A DNA stretch of 64,000 nucleotides, taken from contig CAVOHZ010000003.1 of NCBI GenBank assembly GCA_963695855.1, positions 96,001 through 160,000 on the forward strand, read 5' to 3'. This stretch comes from an uncultured Nitrososphaerales archaeon (lineage in GTDB: Archaea > Thermoproteota > Nitrososphaeria > Nitrososphaerales > Nitrososphaeraceae). The position numbers were made by a program, and so were the translations under genes. This document shows positions 39,983-49,704 of this stretch, piece after piece; positions within the stretch are counted from its first letter, which is position 1, and each line of letters opens with the position of its first letter. The notes under the pieces are model-generated. The model made no database searches and was not told the origin of the DNA. It saw only the letters and a list, made by a program, of their open reading frames with translations.

Positions 39983-41407
39983 TTAATTTAAAATATTGTC
40001 GTATTTTCCCAATCCAATTACCGAATATACATTATTTGAATAGCGTTCTCTATCTAGAATTCCTCTTCCATCATATATTGGAATATTAGTTATATCACTA
40101 ACTATGGTTATGTACTCTAAATGATCTGTTAAGATCATGATTAAATCTGTTTTCTGTATTGATTTACAAAAATTGTTGTAGAATGATGTATTTGGAAATT
40201 TTGTGATCGAATCATCATTTTCAATTAATGGATCATGTACCCTTATCTCCTTAACTTTTAAAGTATTTAATACCTTTATGACTTCATATGTTGGTGATAA
40301 TCTTGTATCCGTTACACCTCCACGAAATGCTAGACCTAAAAGAGTAATTGTCAGGTTGGTGCATTTTTTAGATCTTACTAACTTTAAAGCTTGTTTGACA
40401 CAATATTTGGGCATAGTGTTATTTATTATTCTCCCTAACTTGGTCATTTTACTATTTATTCCAAGATTCTTTGAACTATTTATTATAAATTGGGGATATA
40501 TCGGAATACATGCTCCTCCCACACCTACACCAGGTCTATGAATATGACAATAGGGTTGAGAGTTTGCAGCTGACCTCACTTCCCAGAAATCAATACCCAA
40601 ATTTTCTGAATATATCGCCAACTCATTTGCTAGAGCGATATTTACATCCCTATAAACACCTTCAAATAATTTTTCAGTTTCAGCAGATTTTATGTTACTC
40701 ATAGATATGATTCCTCTTTGATAAATCCTAGAGAAGAGCTTAGCACCAAATATTAAACTTTTTTTTCCATATCCTGAAATAATTCCAGGATAATTTGATT
40801 CTATATCCTCAATAGCTCTTCCCTCATATATCCTCTCCGGATTGTAAACAACATAAAAATCATCTTCTACCTTCAATCCACTATATTTTTCCAATATTGG
40901 GACAACTAAATCCTCTGTTGTTCCAGGAGGAACGCTTGGGTTAAGGGAGACAATATCATTTTTTTTCAAACCTTTGGCAATTTCTTTAGTTACGGTTTTG
41001 ACAGCTATTAAATCTGCACTACCATCTGGAGCCAAGACAGGGACACATATCATCTTTAATAGTGAATCACGTGATGCTTTGACCAAATCACTATACACAA
41101 AAAATCGTTTATTAAATATGCCTTCACCAAAAGCCTCACTAACTCCAGGTTCAGGAATGTGAGTTTTTCCTTTTTTTGCTAAATCCACAACTTTATTTGA
41201 CTTATCAATCCCTATTACACACGCACCTGAGCGAAGCCAAGTAGCAGCAAGAGGAGATCCCACATGTCCTAATCCGTATATGGATATCTTATAGTGACCT
41301 GAAGTTATTTTATCATCTAGTTCCAATAAAAATGACTCGAGGTTAATTTGAGCAAAATTATTTTTTACTTTTTTATTATTTCGTTTACTAATTTTTACAT
41401 TATTCAT
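39983..41407 (-). CDS. Nucleotide-sugar dehydrogenase (WecC/UDP-HexNAc dehydrogenase family)
   Basis: GLGHVG, PER, KLFEGVYRDVNIALANE, GVGGACIP. Confidence 0.88.
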   Translation of the reverse strand: MNNVKISKRNNKKVKNNFAQINLESFLLELDDKITSGHYKISIYGLGHVGSPLAATWLRSGACVIGIDKSNKVVDLAKKGKTHIPEPGVSEAFGEGIFNKRFFVYSDLVKASRDSLLKMICVPVLAPDGSADLIAVKTVTKEIAKGLKKNDIVSLNPSVPPGTTEDLVVPILEKYSGLKVEDDFYVVYNPERIYEGRAIEDIESNYPGIISGYGKKSLIFGAKLFSRIYQRGIISMSNIKSAETEKLFEGVYRDVNIALANELAIYSENLGIDFWEVRSAANSQPYCHIHRPGVGVGGACIPIYPQFIINSSKNLGINSKMTKLGRIINNTMPKYCVKQALKLVRSKKCTNLTITLLGLAFRGGVTDTRLSPTYEVIKVLNTLKVKEIRVHDPLIENDDSITKFPNTSFYNNFCKSIQKTDLIMILTDHLEYITIVSDITNIPIYDGRGILDRERYSNNVYSVIGLGKYDNILN

Positions 41408-41527
41408 GCTTTTTTAATTAGTATTGCATTATTTGTTTTTTTTTACTTTTTACTGATCCTAAGTAAAGAAATTAGTGGGATTTATTTCAATAACACAAGT
41501 ATTTTATGACCCTCGCGTAATAATTGA

Positions 41528-42577
41528 GTGTTGTCTAGAACCAATTTTGAAGATCATACAATCTGTACTCTTGGATCTCACTGTTCCTTACAGGTTTTAA
41601 AAGGTGCCAAAGATGAAGGTTTTAAAACTTTATTAATATGTGAGAAAAAGAGGGAAAATCTATATCGAAGATTCTCATTCATTGACGATTTTATTATAGT
41701 TGATAAATTCAGAGATATATTGAAAAAAACGGTCTTTCAGAAATTACCCAATGAAAAAGTATACATGATACCTCATGGAACGCTAATTTCTAATTTTCAG
41801 TTAGACGAGATAGAAAATTTAAACGTGCCATTTTTTGGAAATAAATATATTCTCAGATGGGAGGCAGATAGAGAATTAAAACAAAAAATGATGCAGCAAG
41901 CAAAACTATCTACTCCAAAAGCAATTAAAAACAAAAAGATGATAAAAAAACTTTCTATCGTGAAATTGCATGGAGCGGCAGGAGGTAAAGGATATTTTCT
42001 TGCGTGGAATGAAAGAAGTTTTTATGAGGGATGTAATAAATTAATTAAACAAAAAGTAATTAAAAGTGAGGATGATCTTTATATTCAAGAATATATTTTA
42101 GGTATTCCTGTTTATTTACAATTTTTTTATTCTCCTATAAAAAAAAATACAGAACTCATTGGCATTGATAGAAGATATGAATCAGACATTGATGGCATAG
42201 GACGTCTTCCAGCACATGTTCAACAAAATATTAATTTGAACCCATCATACAACGTGATAGGAAATTTTCCTCTTGTATTAAGGGAATCACTCTTACAAGA
42301 ACTCTTTATAATGGCAGATAGATTTGTCGATGTAACCAAAAAATTCGTATATCCAGGCATTCCAGGACCTTTCTGTCTCGAAGGTGTTTATGATAGTGAG
42401 GGTAATTTCACGGTATTTGAGTTTTCAGCTAGAATTGTTGCAGGAACTAATCTCTTTATCAATGGATCCCCGTACTCTGATCTATTATTCGAAGAGCCAA
42501 TGAGCATGGGGAGAAGAATTGCAAGAGAACTAAAAATAGCTATTAAGACAAATATGCTCTCAAAACTGGTTACATAG
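41528..42577 (+). CDS. purP: Formate--AICAR ligase, ATP-grasp
   Basis: GSHCSLQ...[44 protein letters not shown]. Confidence 0.92.
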   Translation: MLSRTNFEDHTICTLGSHCSLQVLKGAKDEGFKTLLICEKKRENLYRRFSFIDDFIIVDKFRDILKKTVFQKLPNEKVYMIPHGTLISNFQLDEIENLNVPFFGNKYILRWEADRELKQKMMQQAKLSTPKAIKNKKMIKKLSIVKLHGAAGGKGYFLAWNERSFYEGCNKLIKQKVIKSEDDLYIQEYILGIPVYLQFFYSPIKKNTELIGIDRRYESDIDGIGRLPAHVQQNINLNPSYNVIGNFPLVLRESLLQELFIMADRFVDVTKKFVYPGIPGPFCLEGVYDSEGNFTVFEFSARIVAGTNLFINGSPYSDLLFEEPMSMGRRIARELKIAIKTNMLSKLVT

Positions 42578-42597
42578 TTTAATATTAGATTTATTTA

Positions 42598-43080
42598 TTA
42601 ACCTCCTGTCATTTTAGTAAATTTATTAATCTTCTGCGTTGTAGATATATAATCCAAATTAGCCAGTGCCACTTCAGCAGATTTTCTTACTTCGCAGCTT
42701 TTATCATTCAATGCACGGATTAGTGTTTCTCTGGCTTCCTCTGAACCTATTACTCCTAAGGCTACCGCTGCTTCATGTCGAACGAAAAAACTTGGGTCTT
42801 TATCTACTGCCTCACATAACGGTTTTATCCCGCTGGTAAACCCTAGCTGACCTAGGGAATAAGCTGCTTCATGTCGCACCAATTCATCTAAATCATTTTT
42901 CAAAACAATGCTTATGGGTATTATAGATTCTTCACCGGCAATATCTGCAAATATGCAGACAGCTCTAGTTCTAATGATATGATCAGGATGAAAAAGTAAA
43001 TTCCTAAAAAAATCTCTATTATTGATGTTAAATTCGCTTTCCATCTTACCAAGCAATAAAAGTCTCTCTTTACTATCCAT
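42598..43080 (-). CDS. HEAT-repeat protein with two His-Glu motifs (half deoxyhypusine-hydroxylase-like)
   Basis: LVRHEAAYSLGQLG and FVRHEAAVALGVIG. Confidence 0.75.
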   Translation of the reverse strand: MDSKERLLLLGKMESEFNINNRDFFRNLLFHPDHIIRTRAVCIFADIAGEESIIPISIVLKNDLDELVRHEAAYSLGQLGFTSGIKPLCEAVDKDPSFFVRHEAAVALGVIGSEEARETLIRALNDKSCEVRKSAEVALANLDYISTTQKINKFTKMTGG

Positions 43081-43172
43081 CTTACTTGTCAGTTCAATAG
43101 TTAGATATTTTTAAAAATTTAATCCTTATTAATTTTCATACCTTATTATATTGTTAACAATATTAGTGTTTT

Positions 43173-43634
43173 ATGCGTGTAAGATATTGGCATCTTAACA
43201 TTCAAGAAACACTTAAGTGCAATTACCCACTGGAGAAAATAAATCACTGGGAAATAAAGTGTCTTTGTGGAGATTATGAACATTTTGGAGTATTTTGGTT
43301 TAAGTATGGTACACCTTTTGATAAAGAACCGATTCATGGTATTTGTTTTTATTACAACGAAATAGAAGAAAAAATTGTAAAAGAATTAACAGACTATCTT
43401 TCAAGATTATTTGGTGGAAAGATATTATTTAGACAAACTAGAGTTTTTCTTCAAGGATCCAAAGTAGTTTTTGATCCTAAATCAATTGGAAAATTAGCTA
43501 ATGATTTGAGTCTAAAATTTAATGTACCCGTAGAAATAACTATTGAATTAGAAAAAATATCAGATGAAGAAATAACTGAAAACAATTTTAACTTTCCTGC
43601 TAAAAAGGTCTTACCTATTGTAGGTACGGATTAA
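43173..43634 (+). CDS. Hypothetical protein
   Basis: 153-aa ORF divergent from the HEAT gene; no family recognised. Confidence 0.75.
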   Translation: MRVRYWHLNIQETLKCNYPLEKINHWEIKCLCGDYEHFGVFWFKYGTPFDKEPIHGICFYYNEIEEKIVKELTDYLSRLFGGKILFRQTRVFLQGSKVVFDPKSIGKLANDLSLKFNVPVEITIELEKISDEEITENNFNFPAKKVLPIVGTD

Positions 43635-43688
43635 TTTTTTTAATAACTGTATTTTATACATATTAGACTTTTATTCTTAAAAAATTTT

Positions 43689-44093
43689 TTAATTTCCTAG
43701 AATTGAATTTAATTTATTGACTAAAGTATACATACTTACAGGTTTACTTATAAAATCTAAGACATCCACTGAAGGAATTACTTTACTGAACTCTTCTTTA
43801 TTAATTTCAAACGCTGTTATAAAAACTACTTTCATACCAGGATGATTTTCTTTTATTCTACGGAATAGTTCAAATCCATTTATCTTTGGCATCCTTATAT
43901 CTGTAAGAACAAGGTCGTAGTAGTCAACCGGATTATTTTTTAATGAATTTAATGCTTCTTCTGCATCCATGAATGTGTTCACCTGAAATTTATTTTTGGA
44001 CTCTAAACCTCTCTTAATAATTGACAAAATGTCTCTTTCATCATCAACAACCATTATTCGTGGTGGAATGTTCCTGCTCTTGGTGACACTCAC
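43689..44093 (-). CDS. Stand-alone response regulator receiver (CheY-like)
   Basis: VVDDE, DLVLTDIRMP (phospho-Asp), ITA, SKP. Confidence 0.92.
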   Translation of the reverse strand: MSVTKSRNIPPRIMVVDDERDILSIIKRGLESKNKFQVNTFMDAEEALNSLKNNPVDYYDLVLTDIRMPKINGFELFRRIKENHPGMKVVFITAFEINKEEFSKVIPSVDVLDFISKPVSMYTLVNKLNSILGN

Positions 44094-44222
44094 GATAATT
44101 TTATCAATATTATCCTACTAAAAATGTTATCTATTTTCATGAAGTTTGTTTTTTAAAAGATTTTTATAATTTTGTGAATTATTAATGTAATATTGATATT
44201 ACCCTAATTAATATCTAAGAAA

Positions 44223-44726
44223 ATGGATGACAAAATAAATAATGAATATTTAGATATGCTTAATAGAGAAAAAATACCTGAATTTAATGAATTTCGATTA
44301 AAGAATCTGACATTTAGACCCAATTTATCTGGTCAAGATTTTTCCCGAAAGGACCTTACTAACGCTTATTTGAATGGAGCAATATGTGTTAAAACTAATT
44401 TCAATAATTGCATGCTTGGAAAAACTAATTTTGTTCAAGCTGATTTAAATGAATCAAATTTTGAATCTGCAGATTTAACTGAAACATTGTTCATGTACGC
44501 AGAAATGAAAGATTGTCGATTGACAAATTGCAATATGAATAAGACAAATTTTATGTGGGCAAATCTCCAGAATTCGGATTTACGTGGGAGTAAACTTGAT
44601 GGAACGATATTTATAGAGGCGTATCTACAGAATTCGAATTTAGATAACTTAAAAATGGAAAAAGCATTTATAAAATTTGCTAAACTTGGTAACGGAGAAG
44701 ATAGAGTTAATAAACTATCAAAGTAG
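44223..44726 (+). CDS. Pentapeptide repeat protein
   Basis: A/S-D/N-L/F-x-x periodicity (PNLSG QDFSR KDLTN AYLNG...). Confidence 0.9.
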   Translation: MDDKINNEYLDMLNREKIPEFNEFRLKNLTFRPNLSGQDFSRKDLTNAYLNGAICVKTNFNNCMLGKTNFVQADLNESNFESADLTETLFMYAEMKDCRLTNCNMNKTNFMWANLQNSDLRGSKLDGTIFIEAYLQNSNLDNLKMEKAFIKFAKLGNGEDRVNKLSK

Positions 44727-44775
44727 TCTCTATTTTTATCCATTTGATCAAATAAAGATATTTAAATGATTTAAA

Positions 44776-45003
44776 ATGAGGAATCGAAAAGCAATATTAC
44801 TGGTAGACGATAAAGAAGAAACAAAGTTCGCAAAAGAGATTCTATTTGTAAACAATATTGATTTTATCGAATATCATATTAGTAAATTTGAAGAAAGTTG
44901 TTGTGGGGAACTACCTACAACTAAAGCCCCTTCTATTATCGCACCAGAAGGAGTGTTTAAAGGAATTGATGGTATAAAAGAATTTGTTATCTTAAAAAAG
45001 TGA
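44776..45003 (+). CDS. Small glutaredoxin/thioredoxin-fold-like hypothetical protein
   Basis: AKEIL...IDFIEY...APSII...FKG pattern; no CxxC, but an SCC pair. Confidence 0.55.
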   Translation: MRNRKAILLVDDKEETKFAKEILFVNNIDFIEYHISKFEESCCGELPTTKAPSIIAPEGVFKGIDGIKEFVILKK

Positions 45004-45553
45004 CGATTGATCAGCAAGCCAATCTATTTTGGTAATAAACAATAAAAAGTAATATAGTACTATTATAAGATAAAATCTAATTTAAAAATAAAATTGTGTC
45101 CTTATAGCTCTAACTTGTTTGATTAAAATATATTTCTTTAAAGATTTAGAAATATATTGCAAAACTGATGAATCAATGTTAAAAGTGGCTAAATGTCCCG
45201 CTCGGAGAACAAAATTTAGTTCTTTTAAAAATATTGAGATTGAATTTGATCTGCTTTTATATTATTTAGTAACTTGGTTTATTTTACATGGGTTTGAAAC
45301 GTGTATAAAACCAATATTATGTACCTTATTATGGTTACCATGTTTTAGTCTTCCCGAATTTTTGGAACGAAATAACATAAACGTTAGATATAGATGTTTT
45401 CACGATTATGGGTATTTGTACCCGCAAGAGAATAAATGATTTCCTTGATTAGTATGTGAATTTTATTGTTAAATAATATAACGTTTCGCGGAATCTATGA
45501 ATTCGAGAACCTCAAAAACATAATGTTTTTTATACCGAATAATCTGTTTTCAG

Positions 45554-46096
45554 ATGGTGGGTATTGACAAGTTAGATTTAAAATCACTAATTGGAAGCTA
45601 CAAAGACTTTCCTAAGAAAGGAGTGATGTTTAGAGACATCAATCCGCTTTTCAGAAACTGGAAAGTAACTCAAGAAATATCTAAGCAATTCATTAAGAAT
45701 CACGAATTACAAGAAATAGATCTGATAGCAGGAATTGAGTCTAGAGGTTTTACTGTGGCCTCTTTACTAGCAGGAAATTTTAATAAAGGAATGGTTTTGG
45801 TCAGAAAGGCAGGAAAACTTCCAGGAGATACAATAAGAAAAAATTATGAGATAGAATACGGCAATGCCATGATTGAAATTCAGAGAGACGCTGTAAAAGA
45901 GGGGCAAAACATTCTGATTGCGGATGATTTAATAGCCACTGGCGGTACTGCAGCTGCTGCCGCAGAATTAATAGAAGAGATTGGAGGAAAGATTTTTGGA
46001 TTTGCTTTTATTATTGAATTATCTTATCTTGGGGGGGGAGATAAACTAAGGAGTAAAGGTTATGAAGTTCGCTCATTGGTGAAATATGATGAATAG
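45554..46096 (+). CDS. apt: Adenine phosphoribosyltransferase
   Basis: DFPKKGVMFRDI, ESRGF, RKAGKLPG, DDLIATGGT. Confidence 0.95.
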   Translation: MVGIDKLDLKSLIGSYKDFPKKGVMFRDINPLFRNWKVTQEISKQFIKNHELQEIDLIAGIESRGFTVASLLAGNFNKGMVLVRKAGKLPGDTIRKNYEIEYGNAMIEIQRDAVKEGQNILIADDLIATGGTAAAAAELIEEIGGKIFGFAFIIELSYLGGGDKLRSKGYEVRSLVKYDE

Positions 46097-46898
46097 AAAA
46101 ATATCCGAGAATATCAACATAGGAATAATTGGAGGAACAGGAATTTATGATCCTAGTCTTTTCAATGTTATTGAAGAAAGAAAAATTAATACTCCGTTTG
46201 GAGAACCTTCTGATAAAATAACAATATGTTCCTTGGGGAATAAAAAAATTGCTTTCATACCCCGACATGGAAAAGAACATAGATTACCGCCTCACAAAAT
46301 AAATTTTCGTGCAAATATTTGGGCATTAAAAGATTTAGGGGTTAAAACAATTTTGGCTCCTTCAGCTGTAGGTAGTCTAAAGAAAGAATTTAAACCAGGC
46401 AATATAGCTATACCTGATCAATATATTGATTTTACCAAAAAAAGGGAATATACTTTTTATGACGGAGGAATAGTTTGCCACATCTCTCAGGCAGAACCAT
46501 TTTGCAATGATCTTAGGAAAATCATTTGTCGAGAACTAGAAAAGCTAAATTTTTCATATCATTATAAATGTACTTATGTTTGTATCGAGGGTCCGCGATT
46601 CTCAACGAAAGCAGAATCAAATTATTATAGAAATATATTAGACGCAAATATTATAGGTATGACCTTAGTCCCTGAATGTATTCTCGCTAGGGAGATGGAA
46701 ATTTGTTATCTTTCAATTGCAACTGTAACTGATTACGATGTCTGGGCAGACGTGCATGTAACATCTAAAGGGATCGTAAAAACATTAAGTAAAAATGTTG
46801 AAAAAGTAAGAACATTATTGTTAAATACGATACCAAAAATATCAGAAAAAAGAGACAATTGTAATTGCGGTAAATCCCTTGATAATGCTTTAATATAA
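46086..46898 (+). CDS. mtnP: S-methyl-5'-thioadenosine phosphorylase
   Basis: IIGGTG, RHG...ANIWAL, EGPRFSTKAES, GMT...VTDYD. Confidence 0.93.
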   Translation: MMNRKISENINIGIIGGTGIYDPSLFNVIEERKINTPFGEPSDKITICSLGNKKIAFIPRHGKEHRLPPHKINFRANIWALKDLGVKTILAPSAVGSLKKEFKPGNIAIPDQYIDFTKKREYTFYDGGIVCHISQAEPFCNDLRKIICRELEKLNFSYHYKCTYVCIEGPRFSTKAESNYYRNILDANIIGMTLVPECILAREMEICYLSIATVTDYDVWADVHVTSKGIVKTLSKNVEKVRTLLLNTIPKISEKRDNCNCGKSLDNALI

Positions 46899-46956
46899 TT
46901 GATCTTCAAATTTTAATTAAATTGTTATTAGCACTAAAGATTTAAACTTCCTTCTT

Positions 46957-47256
46957 TCAATCTGGTTTTTCTATATTTTGAGGAAGGATTACATCTCCTT
47001 CAATTAATTTTCTCTGTACTGATAATTGTAACTCTTCTGGGTCTACACCCATTTTTTTAATTTTTGAGATAGATGTATTTGAAAGTTTTATGCTCACGTT
47101 ATGTCCCCCAATCCGACCGAAAGCGACAGAGGTAAACCTAAAACGATGATTATTAAGGATTACAAATCCTTGTAGTCTACTAGCAACCTCTCCTCCAGAG
47201 CAGCTGGTAATAAATACATCAATCTTTAGATTGTTTTCTTCTCGAAAATAGCTCAT
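46957..47256 (-). CDS. Hypothetical protein
   Basis: 99-aa ORF overlapping the stop of the upstream gene; AFGRIGGHNV. Confidence 0.75.
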   Translation of the reverse strand: MSYFREENNLKIDVFITSCSGGEVASRLQGFVILNNHRFRFTSVAFGRIGGHNVSIKLSNTSISKIKKMGVDPEELQLSVQRKLIEGDVILPQNIEKPD

Positions 47257-47675
47257 TTAGTCTTTATCTCCTTTGTAATTTCTACTGTTCTATTCACATT
47301 CTTTTCCACTAGGAAGCTCCACCAGTCATTATCATCTATTTGATAATCCTTTACAAAAGTTTTAACATAGGTTTCATCATCTGTATCATAAAAACTGAAA
47401 GCACCTTCTTTAACAAGCTTTACTAATTTCCATCTGTCTTTACCAATCCTCTTTTTATTTATAACAACTGCCCATTTTTGATAATTTTCGATTTTAGGCA
47501 TCCCTATATAGTCAACGATGTCTAGAACACCCAGTCTTTTTTCTTCACAAAATAATTCCCTGGTAATTACGCTTCTCCAAATATCAACCGCTCCGATAGT
47601 TCTGCCATTTTCATTTATGTTTATTACACCGAAGTAAACAATCTTGTCGTTATTTTCTGAATTTTGTCTACTCAT
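47253..47675 (-). CDS. Hypothetical protein
   Basis: 140-aa beta-rich ORF in the same gene run. Confidence 0.75.
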   Translation of the reverse strand: MSRQNSENNDKIVYFGVININENGRTIGAVDIWRSVITRELFCEEKRLGVLDIVDYIGMPKIENYQKWAVVINKKRIGKDRWKLVKLVKEGAFSFYDTDDETYVKTFVKDYQIDDNDWWSFLVEKNVNRTVEITKEIKTK

Positions 47676-47702
47676 TATTTATTCATTACTTGACAATTAT
47701 CC

Positions 47703-48059
47703 TTATTTAGTTCTTGCAATATCGTATGGATGTTCCAAAAATAATCCCAGACTATCTATAAGAGAATTTTTCTTGAATTCAACGTTTTTTTCTTCACATA
47801 ATCTCTTGTATCTGTTAATGACTGCAAATCTAGGATGAAATACCTCGTAGAGGTCTTGAGAATATTCTAACAACATATTTTTAGATATTAAAGAAACAAT
47901 TAATTTTTTGCAAGCATCTATAGGGATACCATACTGATCAGATATTTCTTTAATACTCTTCATACCCTCAATTATTATATACAGAAAAATTTTTGATTCT
48001 TCATCAGATAATTCAAGATTTTCTTTTAGTAATTTTATTATTTTCGATATGTCCTTCAA
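47703..48059 (-). CDS. TrmB-like winged-helix protein
   Basis: LSDEESKIFLYI...SIKEIS...LISKNML HTH pattern. Confidence 0.65.
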   Translation of the reverse strand: MKDISKIIKLLKENLELSDEESKIFLYIIIEGMKSIKEISDQYGIPIDACKKLIVSLISKNMLLEYSQDLYEVFHPRFAVINRYKRLCEEKNVEFKKNSLIDSLGLFLEHPYDIARTK

Positions 48060-48124
48060 TATTTTTATTTTAAATACGATTAAATATTAAACTTGATTCA
48101 TCTCAATAATTACAAAAAACACTA

Positions 48125-48541
48125 TCAAAAATTCTTATTTAGCAGTTTGTGACAATCTACCAACACGCTTTTTGAATTTTCATATGTGATTCTCTCTAAA
48201 GTATCCCCATACCCTGCCCATTTGAATCCTATGTGTTCATCAGAAAGAACAACCTTCAAAGTATTAGTTTCTGCTATATAATAAATCACATGTTTTGAAA
48301 TCAATTTGTTATCACGTTTATATTTGTAAAAAATCTCTTTCCTAAAATTATTTTGGAGAGTAATATTTGTTATTCCAGTTTCTTCTTTTATTTCCCTAAT
48401 GACTGTTTCAATTTCGGCTTCATTTTCTTCTTTGTTGCCTTTCGGAAAATCCCAATGTCCTGAAACATAATTCAATAATAAATAAAGAATCTTACCGTTA
48501 ATTACAGTATACACAACTGCACCCACAGATAATTCATTCAT
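48125..48541 (-). CDS. NUDIX hydrolase, bis(5'-nucleosyl)-tetraphosphatase-like
   Basis: HWDFPKG, Nudix box GNKEENEAEIETVIREIKEETGI, LSDEH. Confidence 0.9.
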   Translation of the reverse strand: MNELSVGAVVYTVINGKILYLLLNYVSGHWDFPKGNKEENEAEIETVIREIKEETGITNITLQNNFRKEIFYKYKRDNKLISKHVIYYIAETNTLKVVLSDEHIGFKWAGYGDTLERITYENSKSVLVDCHKLLNKNF

Positions 48542-48848
48542 CTTAAACCGTCAATTCTACTCAATTCTAATGAAGAATCGTGTTTCCAATTGCACTTTGG
48601 ACATATGTGCGGGATCAAGTTCCTTTTACATCTGCCGCAGTGACTGCAGTCACTTCAAGATCATCGTCCGGTAAATTATTTTCATTAGATGGTGGAATAT
48701 AATCATGTATTTCTATCCACTCCTTAGAATTCATAAAATATGAACAAAACCATTTCTTAGAAACAGTATCAAAAAATCCATGCTCATACATAAAATTACC
48801 TTGATTATCAGGTATATTTTTATGTTTTAATTTTTTCTCATTTTCCAA
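48538..48848 (-). CDS. Hypothetical zinc-ribbon protein, split by a missing base near 48655
   Basis: Track ORF 48615..48848 continues in another frame as SDCSHCGRCKRNLIPHICPKCNWKHD...GLR*; that TGA overlaps the NUDIX start (ATGA). Confidence 0.65.
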
Positions 48849-49647
48849 ATCTTCTCACTCTATTTTGATAAGTACGTATTGCTCTGATGAGGTCAATCTT
48901 CCTAAATTCAGGCCAAAAAACATCCATAAAGATCAATTCGCTGTAAGCACTTTGCCATAAAAGAAAACCACTCAACCTTTTTTCCCCAGATGTTCTTAAT
49001 ATCAAATCCGGATGAGGTTGAGGCAAATGAGAAGTATAAAGGCATGATTCAATAATTTTTTCATTTATATCATCTATTTTAATTACTCCGGAAATAACCA
49101 TTGAACTAATTTTTTTAATGGCATCAAGTAATTCCTTTTGTCCACCGTATGCCACTGCTATATTTAAAAACATTGAACCGTATGAGATAGTTTCTTCTTC
49201 CAAAATATGAAGTATGTCTTGAAGATCTTTTGGTAAAACATCCATATTTCCAATCGCTTTAATTCTCATTTGTTTTTCATGAATCCTAGAATCATCCCGC
49301 AATTTGCAGAGTTTATCATATAACAAAGCATAGATATTTTCGAGTTCACTATCATCTCTTTTCAGATTCTCATTCGACAGAACATATACAGTCGTAATTT
49401 TTATCTCCAAATCATAAATCCAATTCAATAGATCTTCTGCTTTATCCGCGCCCACAAAATGTCCTTTATCTATTCCGATAAGATTGTATTTTGCCCATCT
49501 GCGATTACCATCCAAGATTATTGCAATGTGCTTAGGGAGAGGTTCTCTAATAATTCGAGATTCTAACCATCTTTCATAAATTTTATAAATGCCAGTTAAT
49601 TTAAAGAGAAATTCAAAAATATTTTGTGAAGAATAACCTATATTCAT
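48838..49647 (-). CDS. uppS: cis-prenyltransferase (polyprenyl diphosphate synthase)
   Basis: HIAIILDGNRRWA, SNEN, YGG, RTSGEKRLSGFLLWQ, RRFG. Confidence 0.95.
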   Translation of the reverse strand: MNIGYSSQNIFEFLFKLTGIYKIYERWLESRIIREPLPKHIAIILDGNRRWAKYNLIGIDKGHFVGADKAEDLLNWIYDLEIKITTVYVLSNENLKRDDSELENIYALLYDKLCKLRDDSRIHEKQMRIKAIGNMDVLPKDLQDILHILEEETISYGSMFLNIAVAYGGQKELLDAIKKISSMVISGVIKIDDINEKIIESCLYTSHLPQPHPDLILRTSGEKRLSGFLLWQSAYSELIFMDVFWPEFRKIDLIRAIRTYQNRVRRFGK

Positions 49648-49704
49648 TTATTTTTTTTCGATTATTATCAAAATAATCAATGCTTATTTATTTTATAGGA
49701 TTCA

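Noticed and set aside
45119-45439. 106-aa ORF in the gap before apt
   Set aside because: Atypical composition with no recognisable motif; probably spurious or decayed DNA
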